Shown here one piece after another: positions 37,851-50,859 of a stretch of 64,000 nt of DNA; position 1 is the first letter of the stretch; every line of letters begins with the position of its first letter. Under the pieces are notes generated by a model. It had not been told where the DNA came from and did no database searches. It saw only the letters and a program-made list of their open reading frames with translations. A program made the position numbers and the translations under genes. This stretch comes from Octopus sinensis (lineage: Eukaryota), in NCBI RefSeq assembly GCF_006345805.1, contig NC_043004.1:1054001-1118000 (forward strand), in the 5' to 3' direction.

Positions 37851-38450
37851 TATTTCTATTTTTTTATCATGAAACTCTTAATATAAATATGTGGATATTC
37901 GTATGGAATAATACCTCATGTGCTACATCTGAATTTTCTTGTCTGAATGTTTTAAGACAAATATCCGAAATTTTTATCGTATAACACATTGTAACTTCCA
38001 CGCTTGCACGCAAGCCGGTTTACTGCACTTTTGTTGCTTGCTGATGTTCTTAAAAGGAAACTTTTTGCTGTAATATACGAATTTTGCTCTCGTGACTGGA
38101 CTAAGCCTACGTTGTTTTCCCATTATTAATAAATTGTATAATAACATTAAATTATAACTTTATATGGTGCATTTAGGCTCGTTGTGTGACCACCCATTTT
38201 GGCCAAAAAAATTGCATACTTATTACATTGTCTTAAACAAATTTTGCCGTTAAATTTGAAACGTTTATATTTAGCCTTAGAATTCTTCAAGTTGTATAAA
38301 AATAGTTATTGTCTGCATCATTCGAAAGAGAAATAAATTTTGCATACGGTGTAAAAGATAAAAATAATTTGTATGGTGTTAGTAACAAAATACTTTGTAA
38401 GAAATAGAACTTTTATCGTCGGTCTTAAATATATTTTCGCCAGTGTATAT

Positions 38451-39400
38451 ATCTCAGGTCATCCCATAAGTTCTGTCCGAATTTTGGATAAAGAATACAA
38501 GTGATCAAATGTTATATTTAATTGAAAGTTAATCATCAATGTACTTTCCCTGATTATCTATGACTTACTTCCATCTATTTACAAGCTTTTTAATCCCATC
38601 AATGTAAAACTCTTTTGGTTTCAAAGCGAATAACTCTGAAATGTCAGGTTCGACCTCCTCCTGGCTTGTGAAAGTTGTGTCCCCCTAATAATTCTGTAAA
38701 CTATGCAACAAATGGTATCCTGAAGGAGTAAGGTCGGGAGAATAAGTTGGATGAAGAAATTTTTCCAAACCGACCTCTTCGATCTTCTGTGATGTGGTAG
38801 ACTTAAGCATTGATGTTGCATTAGGTGGTAACAATATAAAGTGAATTACGCCTTTGCAATCGCACCAGATAGAGTAGAACCTTTTTTCCCATAAGGTTCC
38901 CTTCTCTTTATGGTTGAGCATTTTCCATTTTACCAAGCCATTGTTTACGACGTTTAACATTTCGATAGAAAATCCATTTTTCGTCACAAGTCTGTCGAAA
39001 AAGGGTGAAATGAGTTTGCGAGAACGGAGAGAAGAGCAGATGTCAACTCGGGATTTGCGGTTGCTTTCGGACAATACATGAGGCACCTATTTTTCAAGTT
39101 TAGGAGTCTTTCCACGTTGTTGAAGATGACGATGAACTATTGTATGGTTTGAAGTAAGCTTTATTGCCAATTCTTCAACTCGGATTTTCTTCAAGTAATG
39201 CCTCAAGGAGTTTATCAAACCAAACTGGACGTCCTGTTCGATCTTCATCTTCAATTTTGCAAACGATCTCCTGCAAGTTCTTTCATTCAAGTACCTTCCC
39301 ATAAACTGAGTGTATGTTTCAAGTCACTTCGGCTGCAGAGTTACCTTTATTGTACTCATAAAGAATTATGTGCCTTAAATGCTCCTTGGATACTTCCATG
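38451..39400 (-). mobile_element. Decayed mariner transposon
   Basis: WMPHVLSESNRKSRVDIC..L..PTYSPDLTPSGYHL. One TIR-like end near 38451. Confidence 0.8.
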
Positions 39401-39427
39401 TTGAAAAGGTTTTAATCAAAGCAATTT

Positions 39428-40750
39428 TAGGGTGTCCACGAAGTCTGGGTACATGGAATAAAATCATAACATAAACAAATAAATATAAGAAATAATAATT
39501 TTCCTTTTTTACTTTTGTTTAAATTTTTTAAAAAATACTTTACTTTTCTAAATTTATTTTTTCTACAGATGATCGAATGATGGCTCTGTCTAAAGAAGAA
39601 AGAATCCCAGATCGAATGATGGATCTGTCTAAAGAAGAAAGAATCGAGTTAGTATAATTAAGTGAACGAGAGGGATGGTCTTATCGCAAAATTGCGGAAG
39701 AATTTAATCTTCGACACCCTTATAGGCAATCTATTTATTTTACTGCCGTCGGGAAATTGATCAAGAAATTTAAAGAAACAGGCAGTGTTTTGGATAAACC
39801 CCGTTCCGGGCGACCCAAGACTTCAGATGAAACGAAAGAGGCTGTCATGGCTAAAGTTTCTGCTAGCCCAAAGAAATCACTTCGGTGGACATCCACGGTG
39901 TTAGGTGTTCCAAAACTAACCATCCACAAAATACTGGTTGAGGAAAAGTTTCATCGATACAACCTACAGATATTGCATCACTTAAATGAAGACGACCCTG
40001 ATAGACGAATGCAGACGTGCGAATGGTTTTCAAATAAATTGGATGAAAATATCAATTTTACGAAGAACTTCGAGTTGTTCAGTCACAAAGCTACGTTTTA
40101 TGTAAATGGTGAGGTCAACAGACAGAATCTTCTATACTGGTCTCGAGGTAATCCACATTAGATGGATCCATCCAAACAGCAAGGCAGCAAAAAGGTGATG
40201 GTGTGGTGTGGTTTGTGGAAAGCTCATGTTCTAGGACCCTTCTTCATTGAACATGTAACGGATGAGACTTATGTAAACATATTGAGACAAATTAATATCT
40301 CAAATTGAGTGCCTAGGCGAGGGCCTTCCGAATTGGTTTCAGCAGGATGGGGCCCCTACCCATTTTGCCACAAATGTTAGATTGGCTTAATGACACTTTT
40401 CCTCACTGGATTGGAAGAAGGGGTCATTTGGAATGGTCCCCTCGTTCACCATACCTTTCTCCCCTTGATTGCTTTTTCTGGGGTGTGTTGAAAGACAGTT
40501 TACTCAATAAAGATTACAGATTTAAAACACATGAGAGAACGCATTACCAGTCAGTGTACTGAAATTGATGGCAATGTAGACTTATTTAATCAAGTTCAAC
40601 TGAATTTTGCCAGGCGCATCAAGTTAAGCATTGAAAATGATGGAAATCACTTTGAAAATATTATTTATTAACATTATAATTAAATAAAATTGTTTTGTTT
40701 TAAAAGTACGTGTTAATCCCCATGTACGTAGACTTTGTGGAGACTCTCTA
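39428..40750 (+). mobile_element. Tc1/mariner DD40-41D (rosa/Visitor-like) transposon, disrupted
   Basis: Imperfect TIRs (..GTCCACGAAGTCTGGGTACATGG / CCATGTACGTAGACTTTGTGGA). KFKETGSVLDKPRSGRP, FQQDGAPTH and WSPRSP.LSPLDCFFWG, with about 40 residues between the second and third D. Confidence 0.8.
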
Positions 40751-41869
40751 TTATTTTGTAAAACAATATTGAATTAGTTTAAACGTACACAAATGCATAA
40801 AAGTAATTTTTAATTGAATTAGACATTTGAAAATACTATGAAATTTCATTCAAATCTAAAAAAAGGTAAAATTGGACAGAACTGATTGGATGACATGATA
40901 TATAATCTATGATATTCTAGTAGGTTTCAAGTTTATTACACCTTGATATCTCATGTTATCTCATTTTATATGCCTAAGACGTTTATTTTCTATTCTGGTT
41001 TTTATATATTTCTATACATTATATTTGTATCTATAATTTATTTTAAGCCGAAACATAATACGATCCTTGTACGAGTGAAAGAACAAGAATGTCCTCTGGA
41101 ACTTTTATCTTCCACCGGTGTTTGTAATCGATGGTGACATGTGCGATGATTTTGCGATTATCTTCTATTTTACAGGGAAATTTGAAGCCCCGAATGTAAG
41201 CTACCACTTTATGCATAATTCAATATTTATAGTTCTCTATTTCTAACTGAAATTCCGTCCTCAATAATTATAGATCTCTATTTCTAAGTGTAATTCTTTT
41301 TCTTCTCGTTCAGTTTATAACTGTACCACGCATTCTTGACAAAGCTTTTTTTCTCCAGCGGTCACCACTTCACCTTGTTAGGATTAAACAGCCCTTACCG
41401 AATGTTTTCAATGTCCTGTTTTTGTTAGCAGCTTTGACGTTCCACGTATCTCAAGTTTTATTTTATTTGCTTTGGAGGAGCAATTGCTTTGACGAAGACA
41501 CATCTCGTTGCAATGCTCACAACACGGAGTAGGTAAAACTGCCAACAACTGAGGAGGGGTTGTTTTTTATGCTGCCTTCGCACTATAGTTCTCTATATAT
41601 AATTTAAATTCTTTCTTTCTGCCATGCCAAGCCAAGCCATAGCGTCGACTGTGGACAGTCGCCCAGGGCTCTGGTGATCCTCTGAACCTTTTACATCCGA
41701 TTTTTTGAGCAGGATGAAGAGGCTTTTTCTACTTTATTTTATATAATTTGCCACTAGGGCAGCACACATAGTAGCTACGGGCTGGACAAGGACATTAATG
41801 GATGATGGTGGTGGTGGATGAAGATGGTGATGGGAGAAGTCGAAAGCGCCCGCCGACTATCGCTTCTCT

Positions 41870-42748
41870 AAAACAATGTTTCAATAAATACATTTAATAA
41901 AATGTTCACAATGATTCAAATTACATATTTTAGAGGAGGCAATAACCCTCCTCTTCAACATGTTTAAAAAAAAATGTTCAACAATTCTCCTCGTCAGGTC
42001 CCCGAAGCAAATTGTCTTGCCGCCTGCAGACAACTCTGCGACGACAAGTCGGGGCCTGCAAAGAGAAAAGTAAAATCTTTCCTCTCAAAGGTCTCTGCGA
42101 CCCTTGACAAAATATCTTCCGTTACTTTTTCCGAAGCTACCCGCGGAGGCCATAACGGACTCCTTGAGCCGACCGTGCCCTTGCGTTCTCGGTCACCCAA
42201 GCCATTCAAAAATCTTTCCACCTCCTCTCCCTTGTGGTAAAGGAGGAGAAGCATCTCCTCTTCACAGGAAGGGACCTCACACTGCTCCGTCAGTGGCACA
42301 CTTCCTACTGGCGGAGCCTTGTCCGCGGGTGGCACACATCCCACCCGCGGCTCCGTCGGCGACACAGAAACGTCAGTCGTCCGACCTCTCCTTTTTCTCC
42401 TTCTTTTGGGGGAGACTGCTGACCCAGGGGACTCCGTCACCAGACACGGGGGATTGCTATCCCCCTCCGCCACCTGAGCGTTCTTTGGCGGGCAACCATT
42501 GTTGCTCGCCTGTCTCTTTCTTTTCGTGGAGGCAACCTCCTCCACGATTTCCACCGTCTCCCCCTCCAATGAGGGGGCGGCGGGCGCCTTTTCCCCTTTC
42601 TGCTCCGGGGCACCACCACGACCACCGGGACAATTCTTCCGGATGTGTCCGGGCTTCAGGCACAGGTGACACTTGGGGGGGGGCACCCTCGAGTATCACC
42701 GGGTACCTGTGCCCAGCCATTCTCAGGAAGTCCGGGAATTTCATTTAT
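41870..42748 (-). mobile_element. Tx1-type ORF1 3' fragment (E5) with no following ORF2
   Basis: ILEGAPPKCHLCLKPGHIRKNCP knuckle and stop at 41994, followed by AT-rich UTR-like sequence. Confidence 0.7.
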
Positions 42749-45700
42749 ATGCTTTTTGGGGTGAATTAAAAATCTGAATGATAGATAAAATCGAAGGATT
42801 ACACAATTACATAGACAGTTTTACAAAATTACAGAATGCAGTGGGGCGGGTCCACGGACCCCACGCTCCCCGCCACGACACTTAGCCTTGTGTTTTTCTT
42901 TTACGGCCTATCTCGTATTTGTGAGGGACCTTTTATTCGCCACATTCTTCCACCTTTCGTCGAACACTTTCTTACTCAGGCTCCTCCTCTCCAGTTCTAT
43001 TTGTCTTTTCAGGTGGAATTTGAAGTATTCCACCAGACTAGAACCGGAGATGAAGTCGCCTGTTAGCATCCCTTTCACCCTCGTCTTCCATACTGCCTGT
43101 TTCGCAATTGAAACCACAGAGAGAAAACGATTCTTACCTTCTTTCGTTAAGAAATCAGGTGGGCTAATTTTCACAATGGATTCGGCTGATAGCTGTACTC
43201 TTCCTCCACTTGACATCAGTTGTTCGGCATAAACCCACATGTCTGTCACCTCCGGGCACTGGAAGATCGCGTGCGAGACGGTTTCCCTGTCTCGCCCACA
43301 TATCGCGCAGGTCGGGCTGACTGGGGCACCATGCCTTGCGAGTTTATCTCGAACAGGTAAGGCTCCTCGGTAACACTGCCAAGCCAAAGACTTCTGGAAA
43401 TTATCCAGTGCCTAGGTCCTTAGCTAGAGTAGTTTCTTTTCTAGCCTCTCTAGCTACGAGATCTATACTATACCTAATACTCGTATCTTATGGCTCGCTT
43501 GAGGGCATACCACCATTTGTTATTGATAATGGAGCCGGTCATGGCCCTCTGGATCATTAACCTAATCCTGTCACTGTACTCCTTAATCGCCAAAAGGGAC
43601 GTATTAAGTTTCCAGTAACCAGGACCTCTATATATCTTATCTACGTCTAGCTTACAGGTGACCATCTTGTGGTCACTGTAGCTGACTATGTGGAGCTGTG
43701 GACTCTTAGCTAGGTTTCTATCTACCTTCCTAATTAAAATCCTGTCTATGTATGACCTTGACGATCCGTCGCTGTTTGACCATGTCCACAATGGAGCGTC
43801 CGGTTGTTCCAGTCTATATGGATCTACCAGCTCAAAACGTCTTAGTAGATCCAGGAAGCAAGCATTTCCTTTCCTGTCTGTTTGCGAGCCTACACAGTCT
43901 ACCCGCACATTGCAGATTGTGTTGTAGTCTCCTAACATTACTAAAGGGCACGATGTACTCAGAAACTTCTCAAGATTCCGAAAATACTCACTATTCCCCT
44001 TATTATTGGGTGCGTAAACCGCAACCAGTCTGATTGTCTTACGACTGCTGAACGTCAAATCAACGACGACCAGCCTACCTTCTGGATCTGCAAAAATCAA
44101 CTTTTCCCAGAAACAAGGGTTCTTTTTCACCAGGACCAACACCCCACTTCCGCCGACCGACGGGTTCGGAGAGATAATTCTCTCGTAACCGTCGAACAGC
44201 GGGAGCAGATCTCTTGGCCCCTTTAACCGGGTTTCTGTGGCAACAACATCTAAATCCCGTGACCTGATGTCATTTAGGAAGCGCCCTTGCTTCCAGCTCG
44301 CCATCAAGCCACGCACATTTACACATCCTACACAAATACGAGACATTTTACTTACCTTACAATGGTGTCCCTGTTGGTCGTGGGGTGAAGTCCGCTTTAA
44401 TCAGTGACTCGTCCAATCCGAGTCGTGGACCCCTTATGTCCCCTGCAAACAGTGCGTTTATTATGTTATAGTTCAAAAGGTCCAATTTGTAAATTCCTAC
44501 ATTTTCCTGTAGATTTCTATGGGTTTTTATTTTTCCCGCGCTTGGTATGTTTCCAATTGCGTTTCTAAGTCTGTCGTTGTCCTTATTTATTGCAGCATAT
44601 ACTATTTGAAATTCTGTAACTCTTTTTTGTGGCCTTTGTGGGGGTGATGGGGAGGAGGGGGAGACCGGGGAGGAGCACGGGGAAGACGTTTGGAGGGGAG
44701 GGTAATGCTGGGTACTGTGGGGTGGTTCGGGTTAGTCTGGGGGGTCTTATATTTTTTCCTTTTTGTGGGGAACCGTGTTTGGGGGTGGTGGGTTTCCCTC
44801 CCTGGGTGTTGGTCTTTCTTATGCCAGGGTTTGGTGTGTTCATGTCTGTGTTTTTCCTTTTTTTCACTTTCCTTGGCGTTACGAAATCGTCTTGTTTTCT
44901 CTTCTGTTATATTTTTCTCCTCTCCTCTTCTTCTGTTTTTCTCTTCTTCTTCTTCCTCCTTCTTGCTGGCGGGGCATTCTGCTCGGATGTGGTCCTTTTC
45001 GCCACACCCGTAGCATCTGGGCTTACGCCCCTCCACCACCACCCGCAAGTTTATGTCGTCATCGAAGTCGATACTTTCGGGGACCTCCTCTAACGTCTCT
45101 GGGGCTGCCTGCACTATTACCTGCAGCGCCTGTCCCTTCCAATTCTCCATCTTAATCTTGGTTGTGTTGATAATTTTTATTTTTCCTTCCAGCCCCATGA
45201 ATAGGGCTGGGATGAGGCTCTTTACTTCAATTTCAATCGGGATCTCTTCTATTTTGATCCTCGATGTACGCCTCCCCATATATGAGGGTAGAAGAATGAT
45301 TTCATTCGTTTTAATGGGGTTGATTGAATGAATCTTCGCTTTTTCTTCTTCTTTGAAGTATACCACAATTGTGGCATACTTCCTTCCCCATGTAACGTAT
45401 TCTATGTCAGCCCAAATTGGTTTTAGGCATTTTTCTGCCTGTTCTTTTGTAATTTTTCCTATTTTTTTCTCCTTGATTAGGAACGATTTAAAAGTCACTA
45501 TTTTCTTCATCGTGTTTGTTTTCATTTCTTTGGGGAGGGTAGCCTTTATGCTGTTTCCCTCCCTCTTATACATTTCCTTGTATTCTTCGAAGTCTATTTC
45601 TTCTGGGTCGATGTCCTCTGTCTTCCTGCCTGCTGCGGCGGCAAAGTTGAACGTTTTTTTTTTTTTTTCCGTTTCAATTGTCGGTGAAATTGTTTCAGGT

Positions 45701-46041
45701 TCTCCTGCTTTGTTTTCTTTTGGTGAACCTACAATTTTTCCTTTTGTAGGTGAATCTACATTCTTTCCCTTAGAAGGTGAACCTTCATGTGTAATTACTT
45801 TTTTGTTATCCATTTTCACAAAAATGGATATATGTATTTTTTTTTTTTTTTTGTTAAATTGTGTTAACACACAAAATATATTTCACAATACAAAGTTCTC
45901 TGGTTCACAAACCAGTCAAATTTTCAAAACAACGTTTTAACAACAAATTTTCAACAAGGTAAATCAAACACAATTATTAACAATATTTTAGCTTACTTTC
46001 AACACACAACCGACGCCTTCAAAAATTCTTTGCCGAATTTC
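42749..46041 (-). mobile_element. Tx1/L1-clade LINE E4 (family A), RT deleted
   Basis: 5' UTR, ORF1 45870-~44360, APE ORF2 from 44346 fused at about 43413 to the C-terminal zinc-finger region. Confidence 0.9.
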
Positions 46042-49000
46042 AAATTCTTTATTACCCACTAGGGGCGACATAGACAAGAACATGACAATCACGAATGATG
46101 ATACAATAAGATGCTTTGTGGGATCAATTTAAAAATTTGACTGAACAATAAAATCGAATGAAATTACAATTACAATTACAAAGACACATTTACAAATTGA
46201 CAGAATGCAGTGGGGCGGGTCCGCGGACCCCACGCTCCCCGCCACGACACTTAGACTTGTGTTTACTTTTTTTCCAGGTCTATCTCGCATTTGTGAGGGA
46301 CCTTTTATTTGCCACATTCTTCCACCTTTCATCGAACACTTTCTTACTCAGGCTCCTCCTCTCCAGTTCTATTTGTCTTTTCAGGTGGAATTTGAAGTAT
46401 TCCACCAGACTAGAACCGGAGATGAAGTCGCCTGTTAGCATCACTTTCACCCGCGTCTTCCATACTGCCTGTTTCGCAATTGAAACCAGAGAGAGAAAAC
46501 AATTCTTACCTTCTTTCGTTAAGAAATCAGGTGGGCTGATTTTCACAATGGATTCGGCTGATAGCTGTACTCTTCCTCCTCTTGACCTTTGACATCAGTT
46601 GTTCGGCATAACCCACATGTCTGTCACCTCCGGGCACTGCACGATCGCGTGCGAGACGGTTTCCCTATCTCGCCCACATCTCGCGCAGGTCGGGCTGACT
46701 GGGGCACCATGCCTTGCTAGTTTTCTCGAACAGGTAAGGCTCCTCGGTAACACTGCCAAGCCAAAGACTTCTGGAAATTGTCCAGTGCCTTCGGCCCGAA
46801 TGTACGTTGGAACAGACTGGCCAGCTGATTATCGTCGAAACCTAGGGTTTCCCCTAGCGTATCATCGTTACCGGCCTCTACAAAACCTCTGTAAAACACA
46901 GCGGTAGAACCACTGCCGCAGGCATTGCCCGAGCGACGGAATAGTGTACCCAACTTCGATTATACCAGTCTTCCCGTCCACCGAAACTGGTGAACCTGGG
47001 GAACATCTGCTTCGCCAGCGGAGACCACACCCGTTCACCATCCAGATGGAGCCACAGATGCCTTAGCCTCAGCGCATTTCTGCGCATCATTAGCCACGGC
47101 ATCCCTAGTCCACCCTGTAACGGTTTTTGACAACAAATAGAGCGTTTCACAAGTGGTTTCGAGCCCTTCCACAAAAAGTGAAAGAGCTGTCTCTCCAACT
47201 TGTTCAACCACGAATCCGGGCAAGGCACGACGGCAAGGCGGTAGGTGATCACCGATGCGATGAACACATTGGCTACCTCCGCCCTACCTTTCAGGGATAA
47301 CCACCGCCAAGACCAGGTCTTGACTACTGCGCGGTCACCCTGCTCGATACCTCGCTCCAGTTCTTCTCTATTTGGAGGCCTGGTCCGAACCAGACCCCGA
47401 GCAACTTAATCGGGCCCTCCGTCCAACGTCCCACGACGCTGTCTGGAGGCATCGACTTGCCTCTCCAGGTGCCGAGTTGCAAGCCGACTGACTTTTCACA
47501 ATTAACCTTTGCTCCTGTCACCGTCTCGTAAACCTCTATGGCCTTGCCTACTTTACGTAGGAGGTCCATTTCGGTCACGATGATAGTGATGTCATCCGCG
47601 TACGCCGAAACCGACATTCCACGACCTGGCTGCCTCGGGATGCCACTCAGTTTTCGCAGCAGCGGCTCGAGAGCCACTACATACAAAAGCGGGGAGAGCG
47701 GACATCCCTGACGGACCGAGCGTTTGACCTTGAACGGCTTATAAATAAAGCCGTTCACCCGAACTACCGAGTCGACGTTGTCATACAATTGTATGATCCA
47801 CCTGAGGAAGCCAAGACCCAGGCCGAACTGAGCCAGGACGGACACCAGGTAACGATGGTCGACCCTATCGAAAGCTTTTGACTGGTCTAAATGGACCACT
47901 GCACCTCCCACGCCGGGATCGTTATCCATTCCCTCTATCGTGTATCTAATTAGATGGAGATTATCCTGAATGGTTCTGCCCGGTACGGCGCACGTTTGCG
48001 CTTTCCCGATCAGTCCATTCGCGACATGCGCCAATCTGTTCGATAACACTTTGGCCATAATCTTCAACTCTGCGTTAAGCAGAGTGGTGGGCCTGAAATT
48101 ATCAATGACGTCCCCCTTGCTCTGGTCCTTCCTGACTAGTGTCACCACTCCCCGGCGCACAGATCTGGGTATGAACCCATTCTGCTGCCAGTTCGCGTAG
48201 ACGTTCGCCAGTAAGTCCCCGAACAAGTCCGGCATACTTTTATAAAGCTCGTAGGGCAGACCATCCAGCCCCGGCGCCTTACCCGCACCGCAGTCTGCCA
48301 TGGCCTCTATTACCTCCTCAGGCGTGATCGGCTTCTCACTACACTCCGCGTCCCGCCCCGAGAGCCGCGGCAGTCCGTCAAGGAGGTCCGTAAGGTCCCT
48401 CCTCATCCGGCCGGCCCGCCGCCACCCCCAAAGAGCTGGGCGAAGTGGTCCTGAAAAGCTTGACACATCTCCTCGGGCTCGTCTGTCAACTTACCTTGTT
48501 GGTTCGTCAGAGATCGAATTGTGGCATCGTTGCCACGTTGGGCTTCCACCACTCGGGCCCATCTCGCGGCATTAATTCCTTCGCTCCCCATTGTACGTTG
48601 TCTAGCTCTGACAATGCAACCCATGTGTTTGGCTTCGAGGTGCTGGTTTAAAACCATACTCTTGGCCCTCACTTGAGCCGCGTTGCCAGTTCGCATTGCT
48701 TCCTCTAGGTCCTTAACTAGAGTAGTTTCTTTTCTAGCCTCTCTAGCTACGAGATCTATACTATATCTAATAGACTCATATCTTATGGCTCGCTTGAGGG
48801 CATACCACCATTTGTTATTGATAATGGAGCCGGTCATGGCCCTCTGGATCGTTAACCTAATCCTGTCACTGTACTCCTTAATCGCCAAAAGGGACGTATT
48901 AAGTTTCCAGTAACCAGGACCTCTATTTATCTTATCTACGTCTAGCTTACATGTGACCATCTTGTGGTCACTGTAGCTGACTATGTGGAGCTGTGGACTC

Positions 49001-50859
49001 TTAACTAGGTTTCTATCTACCTTCCTAATTAAAATCCTGTCTATGTATGACCTTGACGATCCGTCGCTGTTTGTCCATGTCCACAATGGAGCGTCCGGAT
49101 GTTCCAGTCTATATGGATCTACCAGCTCAAAACGTCTTAGTAGATCCAGGAAGCAAGCATTTCCTTTCCTGTCTGTTTGCGAGCCTACACAGTCTACCCG
49201 CACATTGCAGATTGTGTTGTAGTCTCCTAACATTACTAAAGGGCACGATGTACTGAGAAACTTCTCCAGGTTCCGAAAATACTCACTATTCCCCTTATTA
49301 TTGGGTGCGTAAACCGCAACCAGTCTGATTGTCTTACGACTGCTGAACGTCAAATCAACGACGACCAGCCTACCTTCTGGATCTGCAAAAAACTTTTTCC
49401 CAGAAACCCGGTTCTTTTTCACCAGGACCAACACCCCACTTTCACCGACCGACGGGTTCGGAGAGATAATTCTCTCGTAACCGTCGAACAGCGGGAGCAG
49501 ATCTCTTGGCCGTGTTTCTGTGGCAACAACATCTAAATCTCGTGACCTGATGTCATTTAGGAAGCGCCCTTGCTTCCAGCTCGCCATCAGGCCACGCACA
49601 TTTACGCATCCGACACAAATACGAGACATTTTACTTACCTTACGATGGTGTCCCTGTAGGTCGGGGGGTGAAGTCCGCTTTAATCAGTGACTCGTCCACT
49701 TCGAGTCGCGGACCCCTTATGTCCCCTGCAAACTGTGCGTTTATTATGTTATGTTATAGTTGAAAAGGTCCAATTTGTAAATTTCTGCATTTTTATGTAG
49801 ATTTCTATGGGTTTTTATTTTTCCCGCGCTTGGTATGTTTCCAATTGCGCTTCTAAGTCTGTCGTTGTCCTTATTTATTGCAGCATATACTATTTGAAAT
49901 TCTGTAACTCTTTTTAGTGGGCTTTGTGGGGGTGATGGGGAGGAGGGGGAGACCGGGGAGTATGACGGGGAAGTCGTCTGGAGGGGAGGGTAATGCTGGG
50001 TACTGTGGGGTGGGGGTGGTTCGGGTTGGTCTGGGGAGGTCTTATCTTTTTTCCCTTTTTGTGGGGAACCAAGTTTGGGAGGGGTGGGTTTCCCTCCCTG
50101 GCTGTTGGTCTTTTTTATGCCAGGGTTTTGTGTGTTCATGTCTGTGTTTTTTCTTTTTTTCACTTTCCTTGGCGTTACGAAATCGTCTTCTTGTGTTTTC
50201 TCTTCTTCTGTTATGATATTTTTTCTCCTCTCCTCTTCTTCTGTTTTTCTCTTCTCTTCTTCCTCCTTCTTGCGGGCGGGGCATTCTGCTCGGATGTGGC
50301 CCTTTTCGCCACACCCGTAGCATCTGGGCTTACGCCCCTCCACCACCACCCGCAAGTTTATGTCGTCATCGAAGTCGATACTTTCGGGGACCTCCTCTAA
50401 CGTCTCTGGCGCAGCCTGCACTATTACCTGCAGCGCCTGTCCCTTCCAATTCTCCATCTTAATCTTGGTTATGTTGATAATTTTTATTTTTCCTTCCATC
50501 CCCATGAATAGGGCTGGGATGAGGCTCTTCTTCAATTTCTATTTCTATCGGATCTCTTCTATTTTGATCCTCGATGTACGTCTCCCCATATATGAGGGTA
50601 GAAGAATGATTTCATTCGTTTTAATGGGGTTGATTGAATGAATCTTCGCTTGTTCTTCTTCTTTGAAGTATGCCACAATTGTGGCATACTTCCTTCCCCA
50701 TGTAACGTATTCTATGTCAGCCCAAATTGGTTTTAGGCATTTTTCTGCCTGCTCTTTTGTAATTTTTCCTATTTTTTTCTCCTTGTTTAAGAACGATTTA
50801 AAAGTCACTATTTTCTTCATCGTGTTTGTTTTGATTTCTTTGGGGAGGGTAGCCTTTAT
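46042..50859 (-). mobile_element. Tx1/L1-clade LINE E3 (family A), 5'-truncated, complete 3' end
   Basis: ORF1 from KATLP, ORF2 49629 APE (LGDYN, SYIDRI, SDH), RT (HLDQSKAFDRVDH, QGCPLSP, YADD), frameshifts, and 3' tail. Confidence 0.92.

Noticed and set aside
41176-41195. 20-nt microexon-like segment between TTTTACAG and GTAAGC
   Set aside because: Isolated, not a multiple of three, and no gene context on that strand.
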